This document shows, one piece after another, positions 8,449-11,708 of a DNA stretch of 11,708 bases (position 1 is the first letter of the stretch; each line of letters starts with the position of its first letter). The stretch spans positions 11,595 through 23,302 of the forward strand of contig CAJNOI010000109.1 of assembly GCA_905250115.1 (NCBI GenBank), given 5' to 3'. The notes under the pieces were generated by a model, which was given only the letters and a program-made list of their open reading frames with translations, was not told where the DNA came from and searched no databases. The stretch comes from Adineta steineri (Eukaryota). The position numbers and the translations under genes were made by a program.

Positions 8449-9341
8449 TTATTTTCTAATAATATTGATTAGAATAGTCTGTTTTTGATTATATTTATTG
8501 ATGATGTGTTTGTAATTCAGTGATAGAAACCAAGGACTCATAAGACGAGTTATAATCAAATTGAGATGAGTAGGATACGTATTGACTGTAAGATTTAAGT
8601 GTTTAAGGCACGAGAGTTTTGTAAGAATATATGCTAATTGTTGAAAATCGTAAGTATCGAATGTTATACGAAGATAGGTAAGATCAGGAAATCCAGCAGA
8701 TAGGAGAAGCTGCTCCAAATGAAATTGAGACAATAAAGCATTGACAACATTTAGACGACGAACACGAGAATCTGTAAATAACAGAGGAGAAGATGAACTA
8801 TTTGTGTATAAATAATCAATAGTCAATGAAATAACAGAAGGAAGATATTGAATAAATTTATAGATGATTTCATTTGATGCCGAATGTAAATGAAGATGAC
8901 GAATTGTTCTATTTATAGGATGTGTAACATTCAGTAAATAAATGGAAGCACCTCTTGGACAACCAATTGATATAAGTTAAGAAAAACGTACTTGTTCAAA
9001 AAGAATTCGTTCATAAAATGACCATGGTAATGATGAAGAGAAAAAATGAGTCAGATAAGGTTGATTATCAGAATTAATATGTTGGTATTGTTCTTTTGAG
9101 CAATGAGTTAAGTAGAGAAACGTTCATCTTTCAGATGTGTAATTTGCGAACAAAAATGCTCAAAATAAGGAACAAATTCATCAAAATTATCATTGTTCTT
9201 GATGTTGATACGAATGTTGACTGAATGTAAAATCATATTGATATGATAGTTCAAATTATACCATCCTTCGAGGAGATCTTTAGGTTCGATAGAAGAAAAT
9301 ATATATAAAAATAGTTCATAAGGTAAATTTTCGATTTGCAT
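8449..9341 (-). pseudogene. Degenerate F-box protein gene
   Basis: 5' part from ATG at 9341: MQIENLPYELFLYIFSSIEPKDLLEGWYNLNYHINMILHS... (F-box). A -1 (or +2) frameshift near 9112..9130 switches to ...LYLTHCSKEQYQHINSDNQPYLTHFFSSSLPWSFYERILFEQVRFS*, an in-frame TAA at 8977..8979, then continues in the same frame LISIGCPRGASIYLLNVTHPINRTIRHLHLHSASNEIIYKFIQYLPSVISLTIDYLYTNSSSSPLLFTDSRVRRLNVVNALLSQFHLEQLLLSAGFPDLTYLRITFDTYDFQQLAYIL. A minute intron (GTACGT at the stop) is an alternative for the second lesion. Confidence 0.65.
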
Positions 9342-9536
9342 TGGATTGTCAATTATAATTTTTGATAGTTAATCTAGGAAATGATAAATGTAATAATTAG
9401 TGTAGAAGAGTTACTTTTGAAAAGAGGGTAGAGTGAATGTTGTAATAGATAAAATAAAAAGTTTTGTATAATTACAAGATAGAATTCAGAAACATTAAAC
9501 AAAAAAATATGTCAAGCAATCACAAGACAAATATTG

Positions 9537-10600
9537 TCAATGACAGCATCCACCAGGCAACCTGAGTACCAAATGAAGTGTAGCATCTTTTGAAATATTG
9601 TAGTCGAAAAGTGTAAGATCATCTTGTAGTTGCTTTCCTCCGTATATAATTCGTTGACGATCAGGTGGAACACCTTCCCTATCTTGAATTTTTATCTTCA
9701 AATCTTCGACAGTATCCTCTTTCATAACAGTAATTATCAAGCTTTTACCTGTAAGAGTTTTAATAAAAATTTGAAAACTAGTTCCTGCTTCAAGCTTCTT
9801 CTGACGATTTTTCTCTTGTTCTGTGTAAATGGACATACGTGTAGGTCGAAGATATTCGATTATTATTGAATCCGTTGCAAGCTCATCAGGGAACTTGTTA
9901 TTACTTGTTTTGGCTACTATTGCAGCATTAGCATCTCCATAGGAAAGCAATAGATCAATCATTGTTATAGATCGATTGAAAAGACATGCTATATGCAAAG
10001 GACTGAACCACTGATTTGTTACTAACTTGTTTGTATCGGGAGTAATAAGTTTTTGTAATAATTCGAGATTATTATCAACAATGGCATAGTGAATGGGATA
10101 GAGATTCTCCCAAGAGACTGGCCAGACTGTGGATGAATAATGGATAGAAATATTATGTATAAATGAGTCAGCATAGGCGAGAGAACATGAACCATATTTG
10201 TTAACAGATGCACCAGCATCGAGTAAAGCTAAAATTGTCGGCATCGAGCGTGATTGACAAGCAAAAAGAAATGCTCCACGCATAGTATAATTCGAAGCAC
10301 CACCAGGGAACCTTGGTCAACTTCAATACCAGCATTCAACATACACTGTACAATGTCTTTATGACCAAGAAGACATGCACGTTGATAAGCTGTTTGTGCT
10401 TCTTCGTGTGGTAACGACCATTCACAAGGGAAAAGGCGAGGTATTTGGCATAAGCGTTGAAGTTCATCTTTTTCAAAATTCTTCACAATGGACACATTAT
10501 TTGTTTCGACAGCATCGAAAAGTACTTCTTCACTAGATGCATTATTTAATTTGGAAGAACACGTTTTATTGTCGATCGTAGTACTTTCTGCACAGGCCAT
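9537..10600 (-). CDS. Ankyrin-repeat protein with C-terminal ubiquitin-like domain (frameshifted in this sequence at about 10309)
   Basis: ATG at 10600..10598: [50 protein letters not shown]...[28 protein letters not shown], then after one missing base [40 protein letters not shown]...[20 protein letters not shown]...[31 protein letters not shown]...[24 protein letters not shown]-[Ub-like]-CCH*. Stop TGA = TCA at 9537..9539. Confidence 0.82.
9549..9776 (-). other. Ubiquitin-like domain, 76 residues
   Basis: [76 protein letters not shown]: gap-free alignment to canonical ubiquitin with 48/76 identities by hand count. L8, I44, V70, F4, R42, R72, G75-G76 and K6/K11/K27/K29/K48/K63 retained; M1F, K33R and R74P changed. 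Confidence 0.92.
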
Positions 10601-11332
10601 GAGTATGAACGAATGGAATGAATCGATATGGTCGAGAATATTTGTGGTCTGTTACACACATCAGGCACTATTTATCCTCTTAATTTTCTTGGTTTTTTCC
10701 AGTATATTATACCACCTTATTGCATTACATCATGCGATAAAGCACATGGTTATTTCACACATTACCTATGTAAATATGACACTTACAGAATCAGTAATAT
10801 ATGGAGCTGAGTCATACTTATCATACAGAAGATTATTAGTCGTTCTAAGAAAAAGAAAATGAAAAATTCTAAATCCTTATTAATTTTTGTTGAATATACA
10901 TTAATTGTTTCATTACATATTTCTTTTTATTTTTCTGGTCCCCGAAAGATGCAATAAAATAGAAACTAATATTAATAATAAAGAATATGTTTTTTTTGTT
11001 GAATTTTGTCACGAACTTAACTATCAAATTTGGTTAATGCCTTTTATATTGTTTCTTTGGTGATTATTCAATATTTTTTGATTTTCAAGGAAAAATCATC
11101 TCGAGGATGAGCAGATGAAAAGAGGACACATTAATAATGACAACTGAATATAAGTTTGTCATAATCTAATTAATAATATTTTTTCTATTCACGATTTGAA
11201 CACTGTCACTCTTGTATAAATAGCTGACGGTCTATTTACATCTGTTATACATGTGAAAGTATCAAGATTTGAAGTTTTAGAGACAATCCATTGTCCATTT
11301 GATTATCAGTTTTATATTCTGCTATCCATATC

Positions 11333-11392
11333 TTGAGGGTGCGATTATGGAATGAATAGAATACGCATAGTCTCATCCACACCCACCCTCAA
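11333..11392. mobile_element. 60-bp miniature element TTGAGGGTG...CACCCTCAA
   Basis: Perfect 9-bp inverted ends (11333..11341 and 11384..11392). Right end CATCCACACCCACCCT is identical to that of the 5363..5714 element; left end GGGTGCGATTATGG resembles GGGTGTGATTG at 4790. Confidence 0.5.
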
Positions 11393-11697
11393 AGAAAAAG
11401 ATGTATATATACATATACACTGAATATAAGTTAGCGTCATAAAGCGACATCCATAAACGTTAATAATGATCAAGACTTCTGGCTCCTCCTGTATCTAAAA
11501 ATAAAGCGTTTCTTTTGATAGTCATACCTTTTTTTGCTAATTTTGTTTTCTTTTGATTTATAAAAAGATTTTCTCTGATATTACTTGACCTTTATTTATA
11601 ACTCACTGCAGAAATGTATTCTCGTTTCTCTTATACATTCACATAGCTTTTTATTATATAGTAGGCTGATATATTCGATTTTATTTTACTCGTAAAA

Positions 11698-11708
11698 AAG
11701 GGTGGGTG
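11698..11708. mobile_element. Start of another GGGTGGGTG terminus, truncated by the window edge
   Basis: AAGGGTGGGTG equals the reverse complement of the 5' part of the right terminus CACCCACCCTT at 5702..5712. Confidence 0.3.

Noticed and set aside
9630-10219. Plus-strand ORFs 9630..9869 and 10022..10219
   Set aside because: Antisense shadows of the ankyrin-ubiquitin gene.
10488-10862. Plus-strand ORFs 10488..10862 and 10628..10810, with hydrophobic stretches
   Set aside because: The first overlaps the 5' coding part of the Ank-Ub gene antisense and has no domain match; both lie largely in its upstream AT-rich flank.
11397-11424. TATATACATATACAC short dinucleotide-rich stretch
   Set aside because: Ordinary microsatellite-like sequence in an AT-rich genome.

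Overview
AT-rich, intron-bearing eukaryotic DNA. I infer a bdelloid rotifer-like genome from the F-box protein style, the ~50-60 bp introns and the TGTGGG-like G-rich motifs, but no database was searched. Best-supported content, left to right: (1) a minus-strand secreted-protein ORF running off the left edge (2..481, about 160 codons, signal peptide), absent from the supplied ORF track; (2) a small minus-strand ORF with a signal-anchor and a beta-sandwich-like region (1550..1930); (3) a 542-bp hAT-like non-autonomous element (3331..3872) with a perfect 17-bp TIR and exact 8-bp TSDs; (4) several miniature elements or termini ending in GGGTG.../...CACCC at 4787..4956, 5363..5714, 11333..11392 and the right edge; (5) an intact three-exon F-box gene on + (6327..8062) with two tiny introns (55 and 52 bp); (6) a degenerate F-box relative on - (8449..9341) with a frameshift and an in-frame stop; (7) a minus-strand ankyrin-repeat protein fused to a complete 76-residue ubiquitin-like domain ending LRLPGG-CCH (9537..10600), interrupted by an apparent 1-nt deletion. 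The ankyrin-ubiquitin fusion with a precursor-like GG|CCH tail, next to F-box genes, is the most interesting item. I see no CRISPR, rRNA or tRNA.
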